Shown here: one piece after another, positions 22,676-39,055 of the stretch
Numbering within the stretch: the first letter of the stretch is position 1
How the letters are laid out: the number at the start of each line of letters is the position of its first letter
Assembly: GCA_002269645.1 (NCBI GenBank)
Contig: NIVC01002956.1
Span: 64,603-128,602, forward strand
Direction of reading: 5' to 3'
Source: Macrostomum lignano
Lineage: Eukaryota
Length of the DNA: 64,000 nt
The notes under the pieces: model-generated
Databases searched by the model: none
Seen by the model: only the letters and a program-made list of their open reading frames with translations
What the model was told of the DNA's origin: nothing
Position numbers and translations under genes: made by a program

Positions 22676-23619
22676 AAGTTTTAAGTTAGTTGCGCTAAGT
22701 TTTTTTGACGGACAAAGTTTTACACGAGCGCGAAAATTAACTAAAGTCTTGACGAATTAAAACAAATTCAGCCCTAGATTAACCGCCCAAAATGACCTTG
22801 AAACGGACTTCCAATTAAAATAAATATTAGTTCCATTAACAGACACATTAAGCACCCATTGTAGGGGTAAAAATTGACCTAAAAACGGCAATGGAATTTG
22901 GCCAACAAGTGGCCCCAGTCGGTGACTCCACACAGTGTGCTTGTTGACTCTGCAGTATTGACTCTATGCCAGCTGATCAAATGGAAAGCAATTTAACTCG
23001 ATTTTTATACACTAAGGTTTCAGCTGCGGGTGACCGGCGGCCGCTTCTCTCCCTCCCGGCCCTGCTCCCAACTTTTCAACAATACAGTTTTCTTCAGCGA
23101 AAGCTTAATAGTGAGTCTACAATGTATTGGTTAGTTGTGTTATTATTTAATTTCACACAAATTGTAAGAGCACTGCTCAAAATTCAGAATGAAGAAGTAG
23201 TTATTTCATAGAATGCATGCAACTGCAAGTTTATATAATTATGGCGCTGTATTTTTAGCGCCACTGAGCTTAATTTATTGAAATACTAAATCTAAATTTG
23301 GTAATTTGGTATTTTTTCGGAAATAACAAAATTTTATTTGTTTTCGACTAAAATGTTGTACAAATAATTGTTATTTTCATTCTAAATGGATAAACAGAAA
23401 GTTTAATTTGGTCTTTGTTATAATTTACGTACTGCTATTTAATTTTTATGTCATACTCGTACGACTGAGTTGACATGTGGTGATATTGAATCAAGAAGTT
23501 GATTGCCCTTTTCCAATTAATAAATAGAGTTTTTTATTTAGCGAGGCTATAAATACATGCATTTCTTGTTTCGTTTATTTTTTTTTTTTTCGTACACAGA
23601 ATCAAAATCTAGTAGGCGG

Positions 23620-23900
23620 AAAGGAGAGAGAGGCAGAGAGGAGGGAGAGAAACAGAGAGGAGGGAGAGAAACAGAGAGGAGGGAGAGAGGCAGAGAGGAG
23701 GGAGAGAAACAGAGAGGAGGGAGAGAGGCAGAGAGGAGGGAGAGAAGCAGAGAGGAGGGAGAGAGGCAGAGAGGAGGAGAGAGGCAGAGAGGAGGGAGAG
23801 AAGCAGAGAGGAGGGAGAGAAGCAGAGAGGAGGGAGAGAGGCAGAGAGGAGGGAGAGAGGCAGAGAAGAGAGCAGAGAGAAACAGAGAGAGAGAGGCGGA
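23620..23900. repeat. GA-rich low-complexity tract
   Basis: Almost purine-only repeats such as gcagagaggagggaga. Confidence 0.9.
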
Positions 23901-23989
23901 GAGAAAAGAAGGGGAGTCTGAGACTATACAGGAAAGAATATACAGACAGAGTGAGTAGATATACCCAAGCGGCTGCAGTGGAGCAAGGA

Positions 23990-24237
23990 GCACAGATGAG
24001 CAGCACATAATGCGGGTCAGCTAGCTGACAAAGGCTGGAAGACACCTGGGCACAGATGAGCAGCACATAATGCGGGTCAGCTAGCTGACAAAGGCTGGAA
24101 GACACCTGGGCACAGATGAGCAGCACATAATGCGGGTCAGCTAGCTGACAAAGGCTGGAAGACACCTGGGCACAGATGAGCAGCACATAATGCGGGTCAG
24201 CTAGCTGACAAAGGCTGGAAGACACCTGGGCACAGAT
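23990..24237. repeat. 60-bp perfect tandem repeat, ~4 copies, just downstream of the Fox stop codon
   Basis: Sequence lines 24001, 24061 and 24121 are identical, and 24181 matches until its last bases. Confidence 0.97.
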
Positions 24238-24316
24238 ATAACCGAAGCAAACGGTGCAACTGAACAAAGCAATATAGCAGTAGTGTGTTTAGAAGTAGGC
24301 GAATTTCGAATCGAGT

Positions 24317-27601
<3,285 letters not shown>

Positions 27602-27883
27602 GGCTGAGCCGGCTGTGGGTGAAAACTGCGAGATGTCTTGTCCGCTCTCCTGCAGTAGGGGGATTTTTTCCCATTTGCTAACTGAATATGGAGCAGAGGA
27701 GCTGAAATTGCAGGTGGGGGCAACGGTGGGCCAAGCGAGCCAATGCGGTGCGGCTGGAATCTCTGGGACTGGCGTGCGGTCTGGGGATTTCTTTGAGGGC
27801 CAACTTTCAGGCTGGCCCTCGGATGATTCCACAGCAATAACAAAACCAATTACATGTTGAATCACTGTTTTAGAATTTACAGT

Positions 27884-28165
27884 CTACAGGCATACAGTAG
27901 ATTTGAGTAAAAATCTACAGGCATACAGTAGATTTTGTGAGAATCTACAGACATACAGTAGATTTGTGTGAATATCTACAGGCATACAGTAGATTCGTGT
28001 GAGAATCTACAGGCATACAGTAGATTCGTGTGAGAATCTACAGGCTTACAGTAGATTTGAGTAAAAATCTACAGGCATACAGTAGATTCGTGTGAGAATC
28101 TACAGGCATACAGTAGATTTGTGTGAGAATCTACAGACATAAAGTATAGATTTGTGTGAAAATCT
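27884..28165. repeat. 30-31 bp tandem repeat with ATCTAC...GTAGAT hairpin
   Basis: Unit ATCTACAGGCATACAGTAGATTyGTGTGAGA, ~9 copies. Confidence 0.9.
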
Positions 28166-29045
28166 ACCGGCAAACACCGCATGTCTGCATTATACAAGCT
28201 CGTACAGTTATCGACAGGATCGACAGGACATCGATCTGAGTGTACATTGCACAGGTTATGCCGAACAGGGGAGCGCAGTACTTGAAGAACATATACAGGA
28301 GTCCCATTGAGACAAAAGGAAAATCAGGCAGTCAGAAATCTCTTTTTTTGCTTTTCCGATTAAGAGCACAAATATTATAACAAATCTGGAATATCAGTTA
28401 AACAAAGCGAACAAAAACGCTGCCCAAGTCAGGCGGCGCGGATGTTACTGGAGATGGGGAGGGGGTAAATGATGGAGGATCATAAACTGGGCGGGGGAAA
28501 TCTTCATTAAGGAATGGGATATCAAGGTGTGCCCGGGCGAGGTGTCGGGGATATAAGGGAAAACAGATAATATTTATATTGATAATAAATAACACTGGGC
28601 GCGAACCCGCCTCCACCATAGCTGCTGCTCCCAGATCTGCCGGCATCAATTTCAGCCTTATCGCAATCTGTATGTGCCGGGAAAGTCATCTATCAGGGAT
28701 GGGATCTACCCGCTGCTGACCGAGGCCCCGCGGTTGCCGCTGCTGTTGAAGGCTCTGTGCGATCACTCCACAGATCCGCGTCTGTTGTGCAGCCACAATG
28801 CCATCAATCCGAGTGCAGTTAAGACTCGACTGCCGCGGTCCCATGCCTTGAAAATATTCAGGAGCTTGAGAAAAGAACTTCAGAAGCCAACTTTAGAAAC
28901 TTCAGAACAGAACTGCAGTTGAACTTGAGTAATTTTAGAGCAGAGCTTTAGAGTAACAATCAAATCAACTAAATATAGTGAAGGGGTCAAGGGTTGTAGT
29001 TGTAGCCAGCGGAGCGGTGGCGCCCAAATAGCTGGCAAAAGTATA

Positions 29046-29387
29046 TGCTGGCGCCCCTGGTGCTGGCGCCCCTGTCGCTGGTGCCCCTGTCGCTGGCGCC
29101 CCTGGTGCTGGCGCCCCTGGTGCTGGCGCCCCTGGTGCTGGCGCCCCTGGTGCTGGCGCCCCTGGTGCTTGCGCCCCTGGTTCTTGCGCCCCTGGTGCTG
29201 GCGCCCCTGGTGCTGGCGCCCCTGGTGCTTGCTCCCCTGGTGCTTGCGCCCCTGGTGCTTGCGCCCCTGTCGCTGGCGCCCCTGTCGCTGGCGCCCCTGT
29301 CGCTGGCGCCCCTTGGTGCTGGCGCCCCTGGTGCTGGCGCCCCTGGTGCTGGCGCCCCTGGTGCTGGCGCCCCTGGTGCTGGCGCGC
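29046..29387. repeat. 15-bp GC-rich minisatellite (CTGGCGCCCCTGGTG)n
   Basis: Tandem periodicity. Confidence 0.95.
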
Positions 29388-29486
29388 TAGATCACCGGTG
29401 AAAGACCAACCTGTCCAGCTCAGGTCACAGGTGAGAGAACAACCTGTCCAGCTCAGGTCACAGGTGAGAGAACAACCTGTCCAGCT

Positions 29487-29689
29487 CAGGGACTACTCGA
29501 ACACCGGGACGGGAAACTTGGAATTCTTTACGAGGCTGGTCTTTTAGCAGCAGTAGAAAATAACCATAGACAACAAAGTAACACAGCATCGCTCTATGAA
29601 AATAAGCCAGCCAGCCTCGTCTTAGCTGCTAAAAGACCAGCCTCGTAAAAAATTTCTAGTTTCCCGTCCCGGTGTTTGAGTAGTCCCTG
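29487..29689. mobile_element. hAT-type MITE, 203 bp
   Basis: ~65-bp near-perfect TIRs starting CAGGGACTACTC and ending GAGTAGTCCCTG; 8-bp TSD GTCCAGCT at 29479-29486 and 29690-29697. Confidence 0.92.
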
Positions 29690-30636
29690 GTCCAGCTCAG
29701 GTCAGAGGTGAGAGACCAAGTATAAGAGTATTCTAGCCAGCCAATAAGTATCGAAAATAAAATTTTGTGACAGATCCAGCTGGATAGGTCATACGTATCC
29801 GAAAGTCCAGATACTTAGACAGAATTCCACGCAACATTCAAGGAAGCCAAAATTGTATGGCCCTTTCGGCAGGCACAGCAATCCTGTTCAACTCCTTCTG
29901 TCTTCGGGCCAGCAGCCCCCTTATCTTCATTCCGTCCGGCTATCCTATGAAAGACGCTGGCATCGCCCGCATGCCGCAGGATAGTTTATAATTCGCCTCA
30001 GCGAAGCGCGTCAACATTCCAATCCGCGAGGGTGTCGGTCGCAAAACTTTTTTGTTTTCAAAAACACTCCAGACCGCAGACTGTCCTACTGGCAGGGGGG
30101 ATCAGATTCAAAACAAACACCGAACACTGGGGAGGGTCAAGAAGTGCTGCAGTTTTTTAAACATTCACTTTTGGCTGTGAAGTCAAGGAGACCGCGCGGC
30201 TATCCAGCATCTGGAGTGCTGCTCTCACTTCTTGGCGACAATCGCTAAAGATATTATAAGCTCCCCACTGTAGTAGCTGAAGTATCCTAAATAAAGCTTT
30301 TACAACTTAATTGCATGCTAACTCACGAGTTGTCTCACTTGTTAATTCACTGGTTGTCGGGGAGTTACGAGCAACTTAAAATGTCGAAAAATCGTGTCGA
30401 AGATAATTGCCGAAGGTTATGTGTGTAAAACGGTAAAAGTATTCGCTACGCTAGCTTGTACGCGTCTATAGTCCGCAATGCGCCCTGGCTTGTTTATTTA
30501 CTCGCACAAGTCAGTGTGAAACTGCTGTAAAGCTTTGCTGATTCGGGAGCGAATCAGTTTATTGGGCAACAGGCTCGTGTTTTCCGCCTGGCGTCTTTGC
30601 ACTGCTTCAAAGCTACATGTACCTGCGTAACTGTCC

Positions 30637-31230
30637 ACAGGTGAGAGTTAAGAGACTAACCTGTCTAGCTAGGTCACAGGTGAGAGACTAACCTGTCCAG
30701 CTCAGGTCATAGGTGAGAGACCAACCTGTCCAGCTCAGGTCACAGGTGAGAGACTAACCTGTCCAGCTCAGGTCATAGGTGAGAGACTAACCTGTCCAGC
30801 TCAGGTCATAGGTGAGACCAACCTGTCCAGCTCAGGTCACAGGTGAGAGACTAACCTGTCCAGCTCAGGTCATAGGTGAGACCAACCTGTCCAGCTCAGG
30901 TCACAGGTGAGAGACTAACCTGTCCAGCTCAGGTCACAGGTGAGAGACTAACCTGTCCAGCTCAGGTCACAGGTGAGAGACCATCCTGTCCAGCTCAGGT
31001 CACAGGTGAGACCATCCTGTCCAGCTCAGGTCACAGGTGAGACTAACCTGTCCAGCTCAGGTCACAGGTGAGAGACTAACCTGTCCAGCTCAGGTCATAG
31101 GTGAGCCCAACCTGTCCAGCTCAGGTCATAGGTGAGACCAACCTGTCCAGCTCAGGTCACGGGTGAGAGACTAGCCTGTCCATCTCAGGTCACAGGTGAA
31201 AATAAAATGTCCATCTCAGGTCACAGGTGA
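30637..31230 (+). repeat. 31-33 bp minisatellite GTGAGAGACTAACCTGTCCAGCTCAGGTCACAG; a paralogous short array at 29398-29715 hosts the MITE
   Basis: Tandem periodicity; both arrays end in the same flank GACCAAGTATAAGAGTATTCTAGCCAGC. Confidence 0.93.
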
Positions 31231-33087
31231 GACCAAGTATAAGAGTATTCTAGCCAGCTGAGATGCGGACAAATAAAAATTACTAAAAAAGACTCTGTGC
31301 ATCGCATCAAACTGTTTAAAGCGAGAAAAGCCGAGCTTAAAACCCGAAACAGCTGGTTGGTTAACAAAAAGCAGCAAGGCGGTGCGATTAAATATCAATT
31401 TATTTTTTATAACAAAAACAGTGCGAAAAATAACAATTTTGTAACGCAAAGCGAGCAAAAATTGCTTTTGAAATTGCAAAGCTGGATAGCGCAGAAATTC
31501 AATAAGCAGCATTTTTGAACGCTGTGAGAGCTGCACTAGGGCAGTGATTGGCTTCTGGTTGAATTTCGGGAGCGCGGAATTCCCAACGATTTTGACTACT
31601 CTTAGTAACATTGAGAGTGCAGTAACTAAGGAAGTATGTAATTCTAAGACAGCTCTTTCCAGGCCAAACAACTTCAGCTAGTGTTTAATAAGCTTAACAA
31701 AACTTCAAAATCGAAAAGGAAAATATGATAAAAATAAGATCTAGTAGCACCTGATTATTGGTTAATTGAGCACTTATTCGCAAAGTTTGAGTTAGCGCAA
31801 AACTAATAAAAAGACTGTATGTATATATTTGGGAATATTAAAAGCAATTTGCAGCAAAAAAGTTCAATTTTGCTGAGCATCAAATCGAAACAAAAAATGC
31901 TTTGGTGTAGGAACTGAGAATTATCAACCAATGGGATGTTAAAAAATATGCAACTCAAAGGCTAGGAGAACAAAACAGGATAACATTGCACGCTTTTCAA
32001 CAAAATCAGAGGCTTATATTGATTATGTAATTAACAAAAATATGAATAAAAACCAATATAGATAGATATAGGTAGATATATAGAAATCGTATAAAGGCAG
32101 CACAATGTGACCGGCAGAATGCCGCACAAACAGTAACAAAATAACGCGCATTATAACAAACTGCAACCCGACTCTGCCCAAAAACAGACAATGCTCACAT
32201 TCCAGCTGAAATCTTCTCGGTCAGCAGTCAGCACCACACAGGTACTAAAATAGCTAGATAGGCCGCTCAGCAAATTTGCGTGTCAGTCAGCTACTCTTTC
32301 AGTTCAGTAGAAAGTGAAACAGGCACGTTTTCATTTATTCTAAGACAAAACCAATGAATAATTGAACAAAACTGCACACTGACGCAAGATCAAAATCAAC
32401 CATATCAAAGATTTGCCCATTCACAAAAGTACATTATCTCCTCTTGTTGCAAGTCTCATTCGTCGTTTATATTTATTTATCCAAGTTTAATTGGTTCAAT
32501 TGTGAACACCCATGCACTGGGTTAGTTCTTCTTATCTTTTATCAATTAGCGCGTGCCGAAAGAGTCAACCGAAACTGATTGCCTCTCACCCCGTTAGCTG
32601 AAGCCCTCCCGCCGGGACTTTCCGCATATAACCTCTACCCCAGCCACGCCGCCCGATTTTTATTGCCTTCCCCTGTGTGCCCCGTCTAAATCTGGCATGT
32701 ACATTCAAGCGGCGCGGCTAATGTACATTACCGCTAAATCAATAACAAGCTGTTTACGTCTGAAAGCTTGGCTTCTTGTCTTATAAGTCATTTCAACTGC
32801 CTTTTGTTGGAAGCTTTATGCATTCCTCTTTGCCACTGAAAGTAGAAGAGCTGTTTTACTAAGCAAGTGGCCAATCTAGTTATTTCAGTCTGTGATGAGT
32901 CCTGGATAAAATGGGGATCAAAAACAAAAAAAACAGCAAAAACACAAACAACAACAAGTGCCCAAGCGATGACAAAACGTGTGCAAAATTAGAGAGATGG
33001 GAAAGTTTAAAACAGCACAACAACCGCAAAGAACAAAAACCTGGTCTGTGGGGAGAGACGGCGCACAACAGAGAATGCTTAACCGAC

Positions 33088-36000
33088 TCACTGCTGCTCA
33101 ATAGCCGGCTGCTGTTGCTGTTGCTGCTGCAGACTGCTGCATCTGTAGATGTAGATCCGGTAGTCCTTACTAGCCAGCACAATAGACCCGTCGTCAAGCA
33201 GGTCGATGTCGAAGCACTGGGCGTGCTTAATCCTCGACTCCAGAGCCTGCACTAGCTGGCCCTGCGGGTTGAACACTGTCACATTGAAGTTGTTATGATT
33301 GTCCGCCACCACTATGTTGCCGTCGGACCGGACCGCCACACCGATAGGGTAGTTGGTGACCCCGCTCATGCCGATCTGGCCCAAGTACACTCCGTGGTAA
33401 TTAAATACTCGAATGCAGTGGGCTCGGTTGTCGCTGATGTAAATCCTATAGTTGCCGTCCACAGCAATGCTGTTGGGGAACTGCAGCCGGCTGCACTTGA
33501 AAGTCTTCAGAACAACTCCGCTGGAGTCGAAAATCACCACGCGCATTATCTTGCACTCGATGCAGATCACCCGCCCGTCCCGGTCGACGCACACGCCGCG
33601 CGGATGCTGCAGCACATCCGAGCCGAACTTGCGAATGAATTCGCCGAGGCGGGTGTACACCTGCGCAAGTTTGGAGTCAGGTATGGCCAGGCTTATCGTT
33701 ACTGGCTGCGCGTAATCAGTGTCTACCCTGCTATCCCCTCAGTGTCTACCCTGCTATCCCCTCAGTGTCTACCCTGCTATCCCCTCAGTGTCTACCCTGC
33801 TATCCCCTCAGTGTCTACCCTGCTATCCCTCAGTGTCTACCCTGCTATCCCCTCAGTGTCTACCCTGCAATCCCCTCAGTGTCTACCCTGCTATCCCTCA
33901 GTGTTTGACCTGCTATTACGTCAGTTTCTGCCCTGCTACCCCCAGTGCCGTTCAATCAGCGCTCACCTGAACCTGATGCGTAGGCGAGCGCTCCGTGACC
34001 ACAATATTGCCGGTGGCTCGGTGCACAGCCACCCTATTAGGATAGGTGAACTGGCCCTCCCGCCGGCCGTTCTCGCCAAAGTGGAAGCGCAGCTGGCCAG
34101 TGACGCTGAACACCTGAATCCGGTGATTGTTTGTGTCCGCCACGATTATCTCCTGCTGGGCGTTCACGGCCACGCCGCTGGGCTCCGTGAACTGGCCGTC
34201 AGTGAGGCCGAACTCTCCGAATTTCCTGCCGGTAAGAGGAAAAAAAGCATTTGCTTAAACACTTGTGGGGAAGCAGGGAGAGAAGGAAAGGCAGGAAGGA
34301 GTGAGGGGGGCATACATGCTCAACCTCCAAAATTCAGTCGGCCGTGCGACTTAGTTTTAACAAAGAATGCGACGTAGTTTTTGGCCAAAGATGCGACTTA
34401 CATGTAAAAGAAATCCTAAAGCAAAATAAACGCTACTTTGGGTAAACGGCAGGAGTAACTATGACTGTCTTATTGAGGCACAATCGCTCGTTAGCTACTT
34501 AGTTATACTTGGTATTTATTCAGATGGGCATTTTTGCGACTTACCTTGGTTGGCCGCCAAATCGGTCGGCTAGATTGGCCGACTGTTGCGCATGTATGGA
34601 GGGGGAGGGAAGGAGTGAGGAGGGAAGGAGTGAGGGCGGGAATGAAGGGGTGAGAGCGGGAGGGAAGGAGTGAGGGCGGGAATGAAGGGGTGAGAGCGGG
34701 AGGGAAGGAGTGAGGGCGGGAAGGAAGGAAAAACCACTCACATGTGGTACTGAATCCTGGCCCTAGCAACCAGCGGAGCGGACGGCGAGGTGCCGCCGCC
34801 GATGTGCGACCGAAGCAGAGCCTCGGCCAGCTGCAAATCGATAATGCCGCCGCCTCCGCCACCGCCAGCAGCTTGGCCAATCAGCAGCTGCTGCTGTTGC
34901 TGCTGCTGAGGCTGCTGCTCTACCAGGCTCTGCTCCACCGAGCCTGGCGACACCGCCGAAGGCAAGTCCGCAACCGCGGCGCCGCCATTCATCGCAGCTG
35001 GGCCGCCGCAGTCGCCGCCGTGGGACCAGTAGACAGCGCCGCCACTGCCGCCTCGGCTCTTTTGCCTCTGCCGCTGCTGCTTTTGCTGCTCCTCTGCTGC
35101 TAGTAGAAGCGGAACCGAATTCTCCTTGTCTGTGCAACCGGACTGCACCGGCCAGCCGGTGAGAGAGGCCGAGGCAGCGGCAGCGGCCGGAATCGCAGAG
35201 TCTTCGACGACAGCCGCTGTCTGCGAGCGCTGCTGCTGCGGCTGCGGGTGCTGGTGATGGCGACCTTCGCCGATAGCACCAAGGGGGTTGCCCGGACGGC
35301 CAGAGGCGGTGGATGCAGCGGCGGCCTTAATTGGGAGGTAAATTGGGGCAGCATAGCAATATCCTATAGGATAGCAATAGCAATGTTCTGAGGAAATCCT
35401 CCTCACACAGATAATCTCACTTCTCACACTGATAATCTTTCTTTCACACCATATAATCTTCTTCTCACACTGATAATCTTCCTTCTCACACTGATTGTCT
35501 GCTTTCTCACACTGATAATCTTCCTTCTCACACTGATAATCTTCCTTCTCACACTGATAATCTTCCTTTCACACCATATAATCTTCTTCTCACACAGATA
35601 ATCTTCCTTCTCACACCGATAATCTTCCTTCTCACACTGATAATCTTCCTTTCACACCATATAATCTTCTCTACTCAAACAGATAATCTGAGCAGAATGA
35701 TTACAGCGCCACTAGTCACCTGTACCTGGTCGGGTCCAACAACGCTGCCCATGAGGCCCAGGGCGTGAGCCACAATGGACGGCGGCGGCAGGTAGGTGAT
35801 GCACTGGGCCGGGTCGCGGTCCAGCTCCGGGTAGCGGTGCTGCAGCACGGCGTCCAGCGACGGCTCCAAAGCGGCGTGCAGCATCGCCCTCTCGGCCGGG
35901 GCGGAGTGGGGGCCACAGTGCGCGTGCATCAGGGTGTAGTGCCTGGCCAGCAGCTGCATATCCTGACGCAGTTGGCGCCTGGAGCGCTGTAGTCCCGCGC

Positions 36001-38392
36001 CATAGTCAGCGGCACATTTGTTGAGCTCCTGGGTGAGCTGCTGACGACGGTCTGCGATGGCGGCCTGTGGGATTCATCGGAAATATTCCATCTCACTATT
36101 ATATGGATCCCACTCACGATAGGTACATCCCAATCCTCAATAGACATATCCCCACTCCTCACTAGATACATCCCATTCCTCACTAGATACATCCCATTCC
36201 TCACTAGATACATCCCATTCCTCACTAGATACATCCCACTCCTCACTAGATACATCCCACTCCTCACTAGATATATCCCACTCCTCACTAGATATATCCC
36301 ACTCCTCACTAGATACATGTACATCCCACTCCTCACTAGATACATCCCACTCCTCACTAGATACATCCCATTCCTCACTAGATACATCCCACTCCTCACT
36401 AGATACATCCCACTCCTCACTAGATACATCCCACTCCTCACTAGATACATCCCACTCCTCACTAGATACATCCCACTCCTCACTAGATACATCCCACTCC
36501 TCACTAGATACATCCCACTCCTCACTAGATACATCCCACTCCTCACTAGATACATCCCACTCCTCACTAGATATAACCCCAATACTCACTAGATATATCC
36601 CACTCTTCACTGGATAATACCCTATTCCTCAGTCGCACAGCAGCAGGAGTCCCACCTGATAATCCTGATAGCTGCGTTCGATCCGCTCGGCCACCAGTCG
36701 GCAAGACTCGGCCAACTTGGCCTCCCACTCTGGCAAGGTGTCCAGGGCTCGCTGTACCCAGTCTAGGCGGGTCTTGGCAGCGTGGCCGGCCGTCTCTAGC
36801 AGGGCGGCTTCGCGCTGCAGCATCGCCTGCGTCAGCTGCTTGATGGGGTGGCCGCGGTGCTCGCCGGCCAGGCACTCGTCGCAAACCGGCCGGGCGCAGT
36901 GAGCGCAGAAGAATGTCAGCGACTAACGGAAGGATTGGCAGATAGAATAGCGAGACTGACATGGCAGGAGAGACTGATATAACTAAGACGTGAGATTGAC
37001 ATGGGAAGAGGTGAGATTGACATGGGAACTGGCGAGATTGATATGGGAACTGGCGAGATTGATATGGGAATAGGTGAGATTGACATGGGAACTGGCGAGA
37101 TTGATATGGGAACTGGCGAGATTGATATGGGAATAGGTGAGATTAACATGGGAACTGGCGAGATTGATATGGGAACTGGCGAGATTGATATGGGAACTGG
37201 CGAGATTGATATGGGCATAGGTGAGATTAACATGGGAACTGGCGAGATTGATATGGGAACTGGCGAGATTGACATGGGAATAGGTGAGATTAACATGGGA
37301 ACTGGCGAGATTGATATGGGAACTGGCGAGATTGATATGGGAATAGGTGAGATTGACATGGGAACTGGCGAGATTGATATGGGAACTGGCGAGATTGATA
37401 TGGGAATAGGTGAGATTAACATGGGAACTGGCGAGATTGATATGGAAACTGGCGAGATTGATATGGGAACTGGCGAGATTGATATGGGAATAGGTGAGAT
37501 TAACATGGGAACTGGTGAGATTGATATGGAAACTGTGAGATTGATATGGGAACTGTGAGATTGATATGGGAATAGATGGGAATAGGTGAGACTGACATGG
37601 AAAGAGGTGAGATTGATGTGAAGATATGAGACTGATATGGGAACTGGCGAGATTAATATGGGAAGAGGTGAGATTGACATGGTAATAGGTGAGATTGACA
37701 TGGTAATAGGTGAGATTGAGATGGGAAGAGGTGAGATTGACATGAAAAGAGGTGAGATTAACATGGGAACTGGCGAGATTGACTGAGAAGCAAAGTGGAA
37801 TGGACTCAAGCCATGCTCAACCAGACATCATTGACCCCCAACTTACCTGCTGCCGGTGCTCGCTGCAGGGCACGGCTGGCTGCCCATCGGGAGCCGAAGA
37901 CCCAGGCGCCAGTCCCAGGTAGCGCTCACCAGCAAAATTGCACAGCAGTTTAGCGACGGGCACCTCCTGGGCGTCCGGGCAACGCCGACAGCGATAGGCC
38001 GCGCCGCCGGACAGGATGTCCACAGCCAGGCCGGACTCCAGGCACCTGTCGCAGTAGTGATGGCCGCACGGCAGAATCCGGGTCCGCCTGCGGAGACCGC
38101 AATGGCCGCAGCTGACGGCCCAGCGGAGCATCTCCTCCGGGCTGCAGCAGGCTGCCAGACCGTCGGCGTCGTCGACAGCGGCTTCTTCGGCGTCGGACTG
38201 CGGCGCAGGCGTCGGCGAGTAGGTGAACCCGGATGCCAGGGCGTTGGCCGGAGCGGCGGCAGTGGCGCGGGAACTGGCGGGACTGCAGCTGGCGGTGGTG
38301 ACGCCGGCGCGGCCGCTGCCGCCGCTGTTGCTGTCGACGCTGCTGCCGCTGCCGTGGCCGACACCGATAGTCAGCATCGGGCTAGGCGTCAT
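33088..38392 (-). CDS. brat: TRIM-NHL protein, brat/ncl-1-like (RING, B-box, coiled coil, NHL repeats), ~857 aa
   Basis: Exons 38392(or acceptor 38458)-37847, 36922-36656, 36064-35720, 35325-34742, 34225-33967 and 33660-33088, all GT-AG and phase-consistent. The NHL region closely follows Brat: KFGEFG...QFTEPSGVAVNAQ...DTNNHRIQ...YPNRVAV...TERSPTHQVQ...QHPRGV...SDNRAHC...TNYPIGV...DNHNNFN...KHAQCFD...LASKDYRIYIYR. Confidence 0.93.
33715..33950. repeat. 23-bp intronic minisatellite (brat intron 5)
   Basis: CTGCTATCCCCTCAGTGTCTACC units. Confidence 0.9.
34600..34730. repeat. 40-bp purine-rich intronic repeat (brat intron 4)
   Basis: GAGGGCGGGAATGAAGGGGTGAGAGCGGGAGGGAAGGAGT units. Confidence 0.85.
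35405..35685. repeat. ~21-bp intronic minisatellite (brat intron 3)
   Basis: CACACTGATAATCTTCCTTCT units. Confidence 0.9.
36150..36612. repeat. 21-bp intronic minisatellite (brat intron 2)
   Basis: CCCACTCCTCACTAGATACAT units. Confidence 0.93.
36990..37785. repeat. 21-bp intronic minisatellite (brat intron 1)
   Basis: GAGATTGATATGGGAACTGGC units. Confidence 0.93.
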
Positions 38393-38564
38393 CGGGCCGA
38401 TGGCGGTGACCGAGTACGGGCGACTCTGAGCTTCCTGGAATGCCGGCGAGTACACGGGCTTAGGTGTGGTGTAGACTCAGGTGTGGGGTGTGGGGTAGAC
38501 TCAGGTGTGTAGTGAATACAGACTCGGGAATGTAGGGTATAATATAGACTTTGGTGTGTAGGGT

Positions 38565-38735
38565 AGACAGGATCCGGTATGTGGGGTGGACAGGATCCGG
38601 CATGTGGGATTGACAGGATCCGGTATGTGGGATAGACAGGATCCGGTATGTGGGATAGACAGGATCCGGTATGTGGGATTGACAGGATCCGGTATGTGGG
38701 ATTGACAGGATCCGGTATATGGGGTAAGACAGGAT
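38565..38735. repeat. 23-bp minisatellite upstream of brat exon 1
   Basis: GACAGGATCCGGTATGTGGGATw units. Confidence 0.9.
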
Positions 38736-39055
38736 GGGATCTATAGCGACATTCGCAGAGATATACATTATAGTTTACACTTAAGAAGGAAATTCTAGGC
38801 AAATATTTTAAAAGGAAATCTTATATACTAAAACTAAGATTGATCCCAAATCAGTAAAAAATTACAAAAAAACACATGGAAACAATTCTACCCCTTCCGA
38901 AAGAAGATAAACACAAAGAGCCTAAAAAATGTCAATACTTCTGCGCCGTGAACAATGGAAATGATCAATAACAATGACTTTATTTGGAAATTAATGATGC
39001 TAAGTTTATACACCATATATACTACTCATCGACTACTTAGTAATAGCTTAGTAAG

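Noticed and set aside
23990-24237. 60-bp repeats as a CRISPR array
   Set aside because: Units are identical end to end with no spacers.
27884-28165. Repeat with a TCTAC/GTAGA stem resembling a Cas12a direct repeat
   Set aside because: No unique spacers, no cas genes, eukaryotic context.
29045-29401. Collagen- or elastin-like (GAGAP / LVLAP) ORF
   Set aside because: Pure 15-bp minisatellite without splice context or a Gly-X-Y register.
35929-37809. Repeat ORFs such as (MYLVRSG)n, (DVSSEEW)n and (GEIDMGT)n
   Set aside because: Translations of 21-bp intronic minisatellites of brat.
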